The notes beneath the pieces were generated by a model that was given only the letters and a program-made list of their open reading frames with translations, did not search any database and had not been told where the DNA came from. From Promethearchaeia archaeon (GTDB taxonomy: Archaea > Asgardarchaeota > Lokiarchaeia > Sigyniarchaeales > SOKP01), in the NCBI GenBank assembly GCA_029856045.1, contig JAHQWG010000012.1, forward strand, positions 64,001-128,000: DNA of 64,000 bases, given 5' to 3'. The translations under genes were made by a program, and so were the position numbers. Positions 28,282-38,466 of the stretch are shown here, piece by piece. Each line of letters begins with the position of its first letter. The first letter of the stretch is position 1.

Positions 28282-29559
28282 TTAGTCCCTAATTCCATCT
28301 TCGGAGATTGTGAAAACTGCTTCAGCTTCCGGTAAGTGAGGAGCATCAACAATTTTAGCAACTCGTTGATTTTCTTTACCCTTTCTTAGATAAACTCTTA
28401 CTGTCGAACCATGAGCAACAATATTACCTCCAGTTGCTCTAAGTGGATTTCCGTAGAATACATCTGGTTTTGATTGGACTTGGTTCGAAACAACTATGGC
28501 TAAATCATCATAAATCTCAGTTAATCGAAGAAGATCATGCAAGTGAGAATTCAACGTTTGCTGACGGTCTGCAAGAGTCCCTCTTCCAATGTACTCACTT
28601 CGAAAATGGCCAATTAACGAATCCACAATAATTAATTTTATATTTTCCTTATCAATTATATTAGATGCGTCCTTGGCGAGCATGACTTGATGGTCTGAAT
28701 TAAATGCCCGTGCGAAAATTATATTCTTTAAAACTTTATTATAATCTAAATCCAAAGCATCTGCCATTTGAATTATCCTTTCAGGTCTAAATGTCCCCTC
28801 AGTATCAATGTATAAAGCTTTTCCATTAAGCCCTCCTTTTTCTTCAGGCAATTGCACATTAACACATAATTGATGCATAATTTGAGTCTTTCCTGTTCTA
28901 TATTCTCCAAAGAACTCGGTTAAAGCTCTTGTTTCTATTCCACCCGCTAAAACTTCATCTAAATTAGGACTACCCGTAGAGATCCGTTTTAATAATCTTC
29001 GTTCTTCCCATACCTCACTTGCTGATTTAAAATTAATATTTAACAACTCTTGAGATGACTTAATAATTTTTTCAACAGTTTTATCTCCCAATCCCGAATC
29101 ATCCATTATTACTTGTTTTGGAGTCACCGCAATTGCTCTTATGGATAATAACCCAGCTTCTTTTAATTTCTTTAAAGTTGCAGGTCCGACACCAGGTAAA
29201 TCAGAGAAACCGTAATCAATTTTTCCTTTAGACTTTTCTTTTTGAATATCTGGTTTTTCAGACTCTTCAATAACAAATTCCATATTTTCTTCTATTTCTT
29301 CATTAGTCTCACTTGAAATCTCCATATCTTGACTTGAAATTAATTCTTTTGCATTTGAAATCCAATCCAAAACTTTTTTCTCGGAACTTTTGACTATCTT
29401 TGCTATTATTTTTGGGTCTGCGTTAATAAAATCTTCATAACTATTTATTCCCTCAGCCATCAACTTTTTTGCAGTTACATTACCTATTCCGGGAATTTGG
29501 GTTAAATCTGAATTATTATTATTGCTCATAATAAAAGAAGCCTTCCTTTCTTTTTTCAA
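28282..29559 (-). CDS. radA: DNA repair recombinase RadA with an extra N-terminal HhH domain
   Basis: [39 protein letters not shown]; HhH motifs IPGIG and LPGVG. Confidence 0.95.
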   Translation of the reverse strand: MKKERKASFIMSNNNNSDLTQIPGIGNVTAKKLMAEGINSYEDFINADPKIIAKIVKSSEKKVLDWISNAKELISSQDMEISSETNEEIEENMEFVIEESEKPDIQKEKSKGKIDYGFSDLPGVGPATLKKLKEAGLLSIRAIAVTPKQVIMDDSGLGDKTVEKIIKSSQELLNINFKSASEVWEERRLLKRISTGSPNLDEVLAGGIETRALTEFFGEYRTGKTQIMHQLCVNVQLPEEKGGLNGKALYIDTEGTFRPERIIQMADALDLDYNKVLKNIIFARAFNSDHQVMLAKDASNIIDKENIKLIIVDSLIGHFRSEYIGRGTLADRQQTLNSHLHDLLRLTEIYDDLAIVVSNQVQSKPDVFYGNPLRATGGNIVAHGSTVRVYLRKGKENQRVAKIVDAPHLPEAEAVFTISEDGIRD

Positions 29560-29658
29560 AATAAAATAAATCTTGATTCTTTAAATAAATTACATATTTA
29601 GATTTTAATAAAAATATAGGAGTTTAAAAAATAATTGATTTTTTAAAAAAAAATAAAA

Positions 29659-30390
29659 TTATTGTGAAGGAGTTCTTTGTCCGCTTTTAGTAACTAGTAA
29701 AAGTGCCACGAAAAGTATAACACAAAATAGAAAGGTTAGCACTGCCGTAGATTCTGGAGCCCATATATAACTTATTATCCAAAATGGTATAATGAATATT
29801 GCAGTAATAACTACAACTGCAACTAAATTTGCCTCTTCACCACGAATATCATTTAACAATGGAATGCAAATCAAAACAACGAGAGCTGTGATACTGATGC
29901 GAAAAGATAATACAACGTTTGGATCGATAACTGGGTTTAAATCTCCTGTTATGGTAAATAACTCAGGCAACCAAAAGAAAGCTAAATATGAAGAACACCC
30001 AGTTTGCATATCAGGAATTAAGTTATCTGATGGCAAAATCGCAGTGAGAACAAACTGAACTATTAAAGCAACCAGTAAAAATAAAAGAACATCATCTATC
30101 TCTTTCTTCTTTTTAATTACATGATATGTATCTCTTAACATAACAACAATCCAAAGCAAGACCAAGATAAGATACATACCTAATACTCCAAATGATTGGT
30201 ATTCTGCATAGGCTGAACTACCACCTTCAGTAATTTTGAACCATAGGTAATTGATTAATGGTAAAGCCATAATATATGCAAGCAGTGAGTAGCGCTCTCC
30301 ACGCTTAAAAATATCAAATATCAAAAAGATTACAAAGATGATACTTAACGTTATCATAATTATTATTGAATTTAGATCAAATAGCGCCAT
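29659..30390 (-). CDS. Hypothetical multi-pass membrane protein
   Basis: About 7 hydrophobic segments. Confidence 0.75.
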   Translation of the reverse strand: MALFDLNSIIIMITLSIIFVIFLIFDIFKRGERYSLLAYIMALPLINYLWFKITEGGSSAYAEYQSFGVLGMYLILVLLWIVVMLRDTYHVIKKKKEIDDVLLFLLVALIVQFVLTAILPSDNLIPDMQTGCSSYLAFFWLPELFTITGDLNPVIDPNVVLSFRISITALVVLICIPLLNDIRGEEANLVAVVVITAIFIIPFWIISYIWAPESTAVLTFLFCVILFVALLLVTKSGQRTPSQ

Positions 30391-30541
30391 AATTAAATCA
30401 CTTTATTTTATAATTTTTTTACATAATTTATTAAATCTTTATGTTTTTAATTATTTTTTATTTTAAATTTAATTTAATGTATTAAATTTTTATTAATCTC
30501 AAACATAAATTATTATTAATATATTTTCATAAGACCAGTTT

Positions 30542-32341
30542 TTGAATATGCTCCAGAAAAAAAGATCTAAATTTAAAGGTGAAAATATTGCCAAGATAAT
30601 CGTGGCAATAATTGCAATTGGTGGAACAAGTTTTTATGGCTTTATTTCTGTGTTTCTGTTGAATAATAATTTAAATGTTGAGTATTTTGTGAATGGATTT
30701 GATGTTCAATTAGCCCCTGAGTCCGTTATCGATTATGACTACATATATAATATTATTAACAAATCTGAAGAACTAGTTGGAATTTATCATATTCCTAAAA
30801 ATCTCACAGGAAATAATTGGACTCTACCACCTTTAGGTGTTACATTTAATTATGCACTAATAAATGAGAATCTAACATTCTTTAACAGTTCATTTTATAA
30901 TAATTCTCAGATTTTAGCAACTTTTGATCCATTAAACACAAGTAGCCCTTATAACGATTTTAACATCATGAATTATGGGAGTGATACGGCTCATGTTTCA
31001 CTCTATTCAGGATTATATGTTGCCGGAGAAGCTTTTCGATATGCAGTAGCAAAACGGGAGAATAATAACGCTGAGGTTGAAGCAACTTTGGAAAGGTTGC
31101 GTGATTTGGTATTGGCATATGAGATATTAAGTGAGGTAGCTGGAAATTTCACATGGCCTCGTTATGCAGTTCCAGATACACCCCTTGCAAGAGAAAAGTT
31201 TCCGGGTTATGGTTTTGAAGCATCTAAAGATCGATATATCCGAGAATATAAAGGCTATAATTGGTCATTGATAATGCATAAAAGTCGAGATGTTACATGC
31301 GGGCAGTTATTCGCCATGAGTATGATTTATAATTTAGTAGATGACCCTGATTTAAAAGAGAGAACGGGTAGAATTATAGATAGAACGGTTTCATATTTTT
31401 ATGATTCAAATTGGCGAATCCTTGATGTAAATGGTAAAATTCACACGGTTGCAGCAGAATTGATGAGTGGACGACCTGTTCCAAGTTCTTTATTTGTTCT
31501 AAGCTTTCTAAAGATGGCTGCGATAGTTAATCCTGAAAAATGGCAATCAATTTATCTTCACTACGCATATGATAGAGGATTCGCTAAAGCTTTAGGAAAA
31601 AGTGATCGAGCAGGTATCGGATTTCCAAGTTCTAATGTAGCTGGTCCTTATTATCCATTAAATTTTATATATAATGATATTCCAATATTAATTTGGCTTG
31701 AAGAAGACCCAGTTTTAAAGCAAATGTATTTAGATAATTTATTGGATCCTGCTCAAAATTTTGTCAAGTTTCATCGTAATGGGGAGTTTGATGCTGTTTA
31801 TTTATTATGTCATAGTACTCCTAATTTCGACAATTTACGTGATGTTCCCACTCTATTAGAGAGTGATATTAATAATGATGATCAAATTTGGGGTAGGGTT
31901 CGAGATCGAATTCAAAATCCTTTTGAATTTATTAAATCTGATATAAAAGATTGCTTATGGCGTTCTATGAATAGAAAGTATCCTTATAGAACTTATTATA
32001 ATGATGTTTTTAATTTTCCAAATCAACACCAAACACCGATCCCCGGTGTACCTTACCCAAAAATCGGGTATTGGGAAGGAACCAGTTTTGATTTAGTCGA
32101 ATCTATAGAAGATCTTCTTGAAGGAAAGGAGCCATCAAGTGAGAAAAATTTATTAAATAATTCATGTCCAGTCGATATGAGAAAGACAGAAAGTATGATG
32201 TGGCAGAGAAAAAGTTATGGAATAAATAACGTTAATTATATTCGAGGTGATCAGAGATATGGCTGGACCCAACTTGTTCCCGATATCCTCGTTGTATATT
32301 GGATTGCCAGATATTTAAATATAATACCTAAAGGAAATTAA
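30542..32341 (+). CDS. Membrane-anchored extracellular protein, possible (alpha/alpha)-barrel glycosidase-like
   Basis: N-terminal TM anchor, several NxS/T sequons, motifs SGLYVAGEAFRYA, SRDV, YWIARY. Confidence 0.6.
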   Translation: MNMLQKKRSKFKGENIAKIIVAIIAIGGTSFYGFISVFLLNNNLNVEYFVNGFDVQLAPESVIDYDYIYNIINKSEELVGIYHIPKNLTGNNWTLPPLGVTFNYALINENLTFFNSSFYNNSQILATFDPLNTSSPYNDFNIMNYGSDTAHVSLYSGLYVAGEAFRYAVAKRENNNAEVEATLERLRDLVLAYEILSEVAGNFTWPRYAVPDTPLAREKFPGYGFEASKDRYIREYKGYNWSLIMHKSRDVTCGQLFAMSMIYNLVDDPDLKERTGRIIDRTVSYFYDSNWRILDVNGKIHTVAAELMSGRPVPSSLFVLSFLKMAAIVNPEKWQSIYLHYAYDRGFAKALGKSDRAGIGFPSSNVAGPYYPLNFIYNDIPILIWLEEDPVLKQMYLDNLLDPAQNFVKFHRNGEFDAVYLLCHSTPNFDNLRDVPTLLESDINNDDQIWGRVRDRIQNPFEFIKSDIKDCLWRSMNRKYPYRTYYNDVFNFPNQHQTPIPGVPYPKIGYWEGTSFDLVESIEDLLEGKEPSSEKNLLNNSCPVDMRKTESMMWQRKSYGINNVNYIRGDQRYGWTQLVPDILVVYWIARYLNIIPKGN

Positions 32342-32357
32342 TGGAGGGTGGTAAGCA

Positions 32358-33875
32358 ATGCAAGAAGATAAAATGGCAAATATTTCATTTAAGAGATTAA
32401 ATATAATCCCAATTATAAGTGGGCTAATTCTAATCGGGCTAGCATTTATAAATATTCCATTTTTAATAGATGAGGAGGGAAACTTCTACTTTGAACTTTT
32501 AGAGCAACCAGGAATAACGTTTATTATTGAAATGAATATTTACATTTTTATTGGCATAATTCCAATTATTTTTGGACTAATTTTTATAATATTTTCTTTA
32601 ATGACCTCCCGGACTATTACACTCAATTTTCTAAAAAAAAATGATACGAGCTCATTGGAAATAGAATATATTAAAATTCCAGTTTTTAAAAATCTCCTTG
32701 AGACTAACGAGAGATTATCTTTACCAACTAAAATCCAACAAATTATTATTGGAAAACGGCATCAGAGATTTGTAGCTTGGGCCTCATTTGCATTAATATT
32801 CTTTCTTGTATATTTACTTACTGATTACATAAATTTCTTAAATTTATCTTTTAATATGTTTTTTATTTCTGGAGGAATTCCTATATCAACACGATGGATG
32901 TTAACGATAAACATTTTATTATTGCTAATAGCAGCATTTCTGATTGTTCTATTTCCAAGAAGATTTTTTCAATTGGATACGCCTGATGATTTTATTAAAT
33001 TTGATTATAAATCATTCCAATTAGAGAGAATATCAGAAGAGAGTAAGAAGATACAAATATTGGATGTATTTGAATTGGTACAAGAAGAAAAAGGAAAAAG
33101 TATAAAGAAAGAAGATACAATAAATGTTGATAATCTGAAAGTACCTCTCGAAGAAGTCCCTAATTCTCATACTCCATTATTTAATTTAATTTTAAGTTAT
33201 GCTTTTATAATATTAACAATAATTATTCAACTAATTCCGGATTTCTTTTTACTCGATTTTACGGCGGACATTAAATATTTTATTACTTTTAATTCGGTTT
33301 ATTTCTTTATACGCTTACATCACAGTTATTGGATTACAGAACAATCAGTGGAAGTAAAAGAAGATTCATTAACATGTGTTAGAAAAAATCCAATTGCTGG
33401 TACATGGGCAAATTATAATAATTTTAATTCAATAAATAAGGAATATAAGCCATATAAACCTCACTATTTGGAATATTTTGTTGTATTTTTCCTGTTAGTG
33501 GAAGTGATTTGGGTGATTTATAATCTTTTATATTTCCCAAGTTATTTTTTGACAAATCCATACACTTTTGGTTATATTTTAACAGTGATCGGAATAATTG
33601 TGTTTATTTTCTTTGAATTTAATACGCCATCTTCCACAGTTTCATTGACGCCAGAATTTCAATCTAGAGAAAGTAAAACAGAAAAATTCTACTTATTTTT
33701 TCCAGTAAATTTTATTGAAAAAATTCCAAGATTTAAAGATGCGTATAAATCGAAAAATATTTATGATATTTTAAGGATTAATTTGATATTATTAATTCCA
33801 ATTATTTTTGGGGTTATTTGGGTAATTTTAAGCGCCCTCGGATTACTCCCGCCATTAGAATCCACAATATTTTAG
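32358..33875 (+). CDS. Hypothetical multi-pass membrane protein
   Basis: About 9 TM segments in paired hairpins separated by soluble segments; 17 bp after the preceding gene with GGAGG SD. Confidence 0.75.
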   Translation: MQEDKMANISFKRLNIIPIISGLILIGLAFINIPFLIDEEGNFYFELLEQPGITFIIEMNIYIFIGIIPIIFGLIFIIFSLMTSRTITLNFLKKNDTSSLEIEYIKIPVFKNLLETNERLSLPTKIQQIIIGKRHQRFVAWASFALIFFLVYLLTDYINFLNLSFNMFFISGGIPISTRWMLTINILLLLIAAFLIVLFPRRFFQLDTPDDFIKFDYKSFQLERISEESKKIQILDVFELVQEEKGKSIKKEDTINVDNLKVPLEEVPNSHTPLFNLILSYAFIILTIIIQLIPDFFLLDFTADIKYFITFNSVYFFIRLHHSYWITEQSVEVKEDSLTCVRKNPIAGTWANYNNFNSINKEYKPYKPHYLEYFVVFFLLVEVIWVIYNLLYFPSYFLTNPYTFGYILTVIGIIVFIFFEFNTPSSTVSLTPEFQSRESKTEKFYLFFPVNFIEKIPRFKDAYKSKNIYDILRINLILLIPIIFGVIWVILSALGLLPPLESTIF

Positions 33876-33882
33876 ATGGGCT

Positions 33883-35259
33883 TTATTCAAATAAAATTTC
33901 TTCTAATTCTTTTATTGCTTTATCAATATTCTTTTCTTCGTCATATTCGGCTGAAATTATAACAGCATCTCTAGATAACGAGAGTTTTACTGTAATATTA
34001 ACACCGTCTTTTATTATTTTAACCTCGTTGATAATATCGATGTATTCTAAATTGTGTTTTTCTATTTTTTGAGTTATAAATTCATGAAAATTATCAATAA
34101 ATTTTGAATCTACAGAAATTTTTTTACTGATTTTATTAGTTTTAGGAAAATTTCGAGTTAAATCGCTTAATAAACTTTCTTTTGAAGCCACAATATCTAA
34201 AATCTTAATTAGAGTAAGATTACCGTCTGAAATCGGCCCAAAATATGGAAAATAAAATTCAAAAGAATCTGAGGCGGCAAAACAAGCTCTAGCCTCCCTT
34301 ATACTCCTTGAAATTATACCAGGTTTGGATTTTTTCTTTATAAGATCAAAACCTTGACCATTTACATAATCGTCCAATACTTTTGATGAGGTTTCTGACA
34401 CAATTACACTATTTGGTTTTGATTCTTGAATTTTTTCATCGAAAGTAATAAAGAGCATGAAAAGATCCTCAAAATTAATCTCAATTCCAGACTCATCAAC
34501 TATTATAAATCTCTGACCATCGCTCGAGAAACATATTCCCAAATCACTATGACTAGCTCTGACGATATCTGCGCAATTTCTTATTGTATTAATACTAGGA
34601 ACTGATGCTTTTACTTTTTTTTCTTGGTGGAATGTATTCAAGGCAACTACATCTACATCCAAACTGCTGAGTAAATTTGGTGTTATTTGGCCAGTCGGAC
34701 CAAAGGAACAATCAACAACAACTTTTAAGTTAGTATCAGAAATTTTAGCTTTATTTACAAATTGAGGGAGCGCTTTCATATAAATATCTACTGTATGTGG
34801 GATACTAGATATTTTTCCTATATTTATTGGTTCTGCTCTTCTTATATTTTTAGGAAACTTTTTAGATGCTCGAACTAATTCTTCTAATTGAGATTGAGTA
34901 TATATGAAGCCACCGGCATCCAGAAATGTAATCTCTACATCGTTATTGTATAGATGGCCCGTTGAGAAATACGCTCCACCGCTGGCTCCAAATCTCCTTA
35001 TTGAAAATTGTAAAAGCGGAAATGTTGTATCATGAAGATTTAATAGGTCCACACCAGTCGATAAAACACCTGCAGCGTAAGCTCTTTTTAACATACGAGA
35101 ATCTTTATGAAAATCTCTAGCCATAACGAGTATATCATTTGGTTTTAAAGTAGATCCGTGAAGAATTCCAAGGACAGTTGACATCTCTGGGGGTAAACTT
35201 TCATTAACTCTTCCAGCGATAATACCCCGCTTTAAGATATTCCCTAGTTCGAAAGTCAT
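33883..35259 (-). CDS. Phosphohexomutase (PMM/PGM)-fold protein with degenerate catalytic motifs
   Basis: ARDFHKDSRMLKRA, VVVDCSFG; STGH replaces TASHNP and SSDGQR replaces DxDxDR. Confidence 0.8.
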   Translation of the reverse strand: MTFELGNILKRGIIAGRVNESLPPEMSTVLGILHGSTLKPNDILVMARDFHKDSRMLKRAYAAGVLSTGVDLLNLHDTTFPLLQFSIRRFGASGGAYFSTGHLYNNDVEITFLDAGGFIYTQSQLEELVRASKKFPKNIRRAEPINIGKISSIPHTVDIYMKALPQFVNKAKISDTNLKVVVDCSFGPTGQITPNLLSSLDVDVVALNTFHQEKKVKASVPSINTIRNCADIVRASHSDLGICFSSDGQRFIIVDESGIEINFEDLFMLFITFDEKIQESKPNSVIVSETSSKVLDDYVNGQGFDLIKKKSKPGIISRSIREARACFAASDSFEFYFPYFGPISDGNLTLIKILDIVASKESLLSDLTRNFPKTNKISKKISVDSKFIDNFHEFITQKIEKHNLEYIDIINEVKIIKDGVNITVKLSLSRDAVIISAEYDEEKNIDKAIKELEEILFE

Positions 35260-35393
35260 CGTAGATCAACTTTTACAAAAATAAATTAATTTATAATTTT
35301 TAATTAATTTTATGGAAAGAATAAAATTAAGGAATTTAATTTTATAGATAAAATAATAAATTTTCTTTCATAGAATATTGATAAAATGAAAAA

Positions 35394-37136
35394 TTGGATT
35401 TGATAAATAAAATGACTGTAAAAAATGTTATTGGGAGTTTTTCTTTTGTCCTTCATGCTCACTTACCATGGGTTATTAACCATGGAAATTGGCCTCATGG
35501 GACATCATGGTTAAACGAGGCAGCAAGTGAGACCTATATACCAATTTTGAATATTTTAAATGAACTTATAAGTGAGGGCTATACTCCAAAAATAACAATT
35601 AGTCTGAGTCCTCCATTAGTTGCAATGTTAAAGCACAGTTCATTCAAGGCTGATTTTAATGCGTATTTAGATACAAAAATTGATGCATCTATCCATGATA
35701 TTGAGGAATTCACCAAATATAAGTTTGAAAATCTAATAAAAACTGCCCATGAATGGGAAAAATTCTACACAGGAATAAAAGATAATTTCAATCATAATTA
35801 CAATCAAGATATAGTGAATGAATATAAGAAACTTCAAGATAAAAATGTAATAGAATTAATGACATGTTTTGCTACACACGGCTATTTTCCTTTACTAGGA
35901 AAGGATAGTTCAGTAAATGCTCAAATTAAAATTGCAAAGGATTATTATAAGCGAATTTTCGATCGTGAGCCGATTGGAATCTGGCTTCCGGAATGCGGTT
36001 ATAGACCGGCATATAAATGGAAAAATCCTTTAACTGAAGAGGAATATTATAGGGAAGGTGTGGAATATTTTCTTGCAAAGCACGGTTTTCGTTACTTTAT
36101 CGTAGATACACATTCAACAATGGGGGGCGAAACTAAAGGTGTTTATCTTGAAAGGTTTCCTATATTGCTAGAGTTATGGGAGCATTTCAAAGTAAAATAT
36201 CAACCTTTAGAAATAAAATTTGACAGAACACCCTATGAACCTTATTTATTGGAACCAAGACCAAATTTACCACCAGTTGCTATTTTTACAAGAGATGAAA
36301 AAACGGGTCTCCTCGTTTGGTCGGGTGAGCATGGATTTCCTGGAGATGGAAACTATTTAGACTTTCATAAAAAGCATTATCCCGGAGGAAATCGATATTG
36401 GAAAGTTACTGGAGCAAAAATAGATATTGGGCAAAAAATGGAGTATTATCCAGGAGATATAGAAAAACGTCTGGAAGAGAATGCATCTCATTTTAAAAAT
36501 CAAGTAAAAGATATATTAAATGAATATAAAAGTAAGAATAATGGATCTGGTGTGGTTGTAGCTCCGTATGATTGCGAGCTTTTTGGTCATTGGTGGTTTG
36601 AGGGACCTCGATGGTTGAAAAAGATATTAAAATGGATGGAAGATGACCCGGAGGTTGATCTTACAACATGTTCAAGGTATTTGAATCAACATCCTCCAAA
36701 TAAAATAATCTCTTTGCCTGAAGGGTCGTGGGGGCTTTCTGGATGGCATAATACATGGTTAAATGATTGGACTTCTTGGTCATATCACTATATTTACGAA
36801 TGTGAGGAAAAAATGGAAGAAGTAGTTGAAAAATATTATGCTTCAGCTGATAAAAATTTGAAAGATATTATTGAACAGTTAGGGAGGGAACTTTTACTTC
36901 TTGAATCCAGCGATTGGCAATTTTTAATAAGCACATGGACAGCTAGAGATTATTCAGAAAATAGAATTGCAGAACATTATGAAAAATTTATTCGTTTGTA
37001 TGATATGGTGATGAAATATGGAAATAAGGAATATGTGGATGAAGGAGAATGGGAATATCTTGGAATGGTTAAGGACAGCGACTCCATATTCGAAAAATTA
37101 GATGCCAATGCATTTAAGCCATTCAAATATGATTAA
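35394..37136 (+). CDS. GH57 1,4-alpha-glucan branching enzyme
   Basis: LHAHLP, ETYIP, THGYFPL, WLPEC (nucleophile), YDCELFGHWWFEGP (acid/base), ESSDWQF. Confidence 0.93.
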   Translation: MDLINKMTVKNVIGSFSFVLHAHLPWVINHGNWPHGTSWLNEAASETYIPILNILNELISEGYTPKITISLSPPLVAMLKHSSFKADFNAYLDTKIDASIHDIEEFTKYKFENLIKTAHEWEKFYTGIKDNFNHNYNQDIVNEYKKLQDKNVIELMTCFATHGYFPLLGKDSSVNAQIKIAKDYYKRIFDREPIGIWLPECGYRPAYKWKNPLTEEEYYREGVEYFLAKHGFRYFIVDTHSTMGGETKGVYLERFPILLELWEHFKVKYQPLEIKFDRTPYEPYLLEPRPNLPPVAIFTRDEKTGLLVWSGEHGFPGDGNYLDFHKKHYPGGNRYWKVTGAKIDIGQKMEYYPGDIEKRLEENASHFKNQVKDILNEYKSKNNGSGVVVAPYDCELFGHWWFEGPRWLKKILKWMEDDPEVDLTTCSRYLNQHPPNKIISLPEGSWGLSGWHNTWLNDWTSWSYHYIYECEEKMEEVVEKYYASADKNLKDIIEQLGRELLLLESSDWQFLISTWTARDYSENRIAEHYEKFIRLYDMVMKYGNKEYVDEGEWEYLGMVKDSDSIFEKLDANAFKPFKYD

Positions 37137-37184
37137 TAAAGGACAATTTTTTTCCCTTTCTATAAAAAAATAAATAAGAAAAAG

Positions 37185-38336
37185 TTAGATTTCGGAGCCC
37201 ATTTCAATGGATTTATCGGAAATGACCTTATCATCGCTGATTCTACAGTTTGGACCAATAATTACGTTATTTAAAACAGCATTGTTCCCAATGGTGCAAT
37301 CATTACATATTATTGAAGAGTTAATTTTACATCCAGCACCAATAGATACATTATCCCAAATAACAGTTTTATCTATAATTGAATCTTCTTTAATTTCCAC
37401 ATTTGACCCAATTGATGATAATTCTTTTATTTGAACATTATTTTTTAAACACACATTATCCCCAAAACAAGTCATTTTCTTAATATTAACAGAACCTTCT
37501 GTATCGATTATTTTGGTCGTCCAAATATTATCATCTTCATTTCCATTGGGAGTTATAGGCCAGCCATATTTTCTTAGAAGATCCCAGTTTGCCCAAAGAT
37601 ATGTTTGTGGATTACCAACATCAAGCCAGTAATAATTTTCAACAAAACCATATAGATCATAATTATTTGCAAGAAGATATGGAAATACATCACTTCCAAA
37701 ATCTACAAGTGGTTGACTTTCTAAAATGTCTAGAATTTTTACATCAAATGCATAAATTCCCGTATTTATAATGTTTGTGTGAAGAAATAGGTCAGCACGT
37801 TGTGCCATACCACTTACGTACAGTTCCATGGGTTGAGGCTTTTCTAAAAAAAGATAAATTTTCCTATTTTTATCTAATAAAACTACTCCATACTGGGATG
37901 TATGACTCTGCACCATTTTCATGGAAATTGTAGATATTCCATTTTTTTCACTGTGAAATTGCATAAAATTTTTCATTGGAAGGTTAGTTACAATATCTCC
38001 CATACCAACAATAAATTTTTTACTGTCAATATTCTCACGGCATTTTTTTACAGCATCCGCAGTTCCGCTAGAATCTTGAATTAAATATTCTAATCTTACA
38101 TCTCCTAATTTATCCTTTGTCCATTCTTTTTCCAAATGTTCTTTTAAAAGATTACCCCTATGAGCTAATGCAATAATAATATGTTTAATTCCTGCGTATT
38201 TTACGTGATTTATGGCATAGTCGATCATTGGTTTGTTTGTGACCTTAACAAGAGGCTTGGGAATTATAGATGTAAGTGGCTGTAGCCTTTTCCCAATTCC
38301 ACCTGCTAAAATAACTGCACAAAATTCAATAGTCAT
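37185..38336 (-). CDS. NDP-sugar pyrophosphorylase (nucleotidyltransferase plus C-terminal beta-helix)
   Basis: LAGGIGKRLQPLT..PKPL, GTADAV, FLEKP, NTGIY, DFG.DVFP, YWLDVG, hexapeptide tail. Confidence 0.9.
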   Translation of the reverse strand: MTIEFCAVILAGGIGKRLQPLTSIIPKPLVKVTNKPMIDYAINHVKYAGIKHIIIALAHRGNLLKEHLEKEWTKDKLGDVRLEYLIQDSSGTADAVKKCRENIDSKKFIVGMGDIVTNLPMKNFMQFHSEKNGISTISMKMVQSHTSQYGVVLLDKNRKIYLFLEKPQPMELYVSGMAQRADLFLHTNIINTGIYAFDVKILDILESQPLVDFGSDVFPYLLANNYDLYGFVENYYWLDVGNPQTYLWANWDLLRKYGWPITPNGNEDDNIWTTKIIDTEGSVNIKKMTCFGDNVCLKNNVQIKELSSIGSNVEIKEDSIIDKTVIWDNVSIGAGCKINSSIICNDCTIGNNAVLNNVIIGPNCRISDDKVISDKSIEMGSEI

Positions 38337-38466
38337 AAATCTTCAGATATAAATCTTTAATTTTTCTTAATTCGAACACAATTGGAAATTTAATTTAAGC
38401 CGTATAGAATAAGAGATTAAAACTCATTATAATTTAAATATTTTAATCAAATTTTTTTTAATTTTT

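Noticed and set aside
28282-29559. Intein as the cause of RadA's extra length
   Set aside because: The ATPase core is uninterrupted; the extra sequence is N-terminal and HhH-like.
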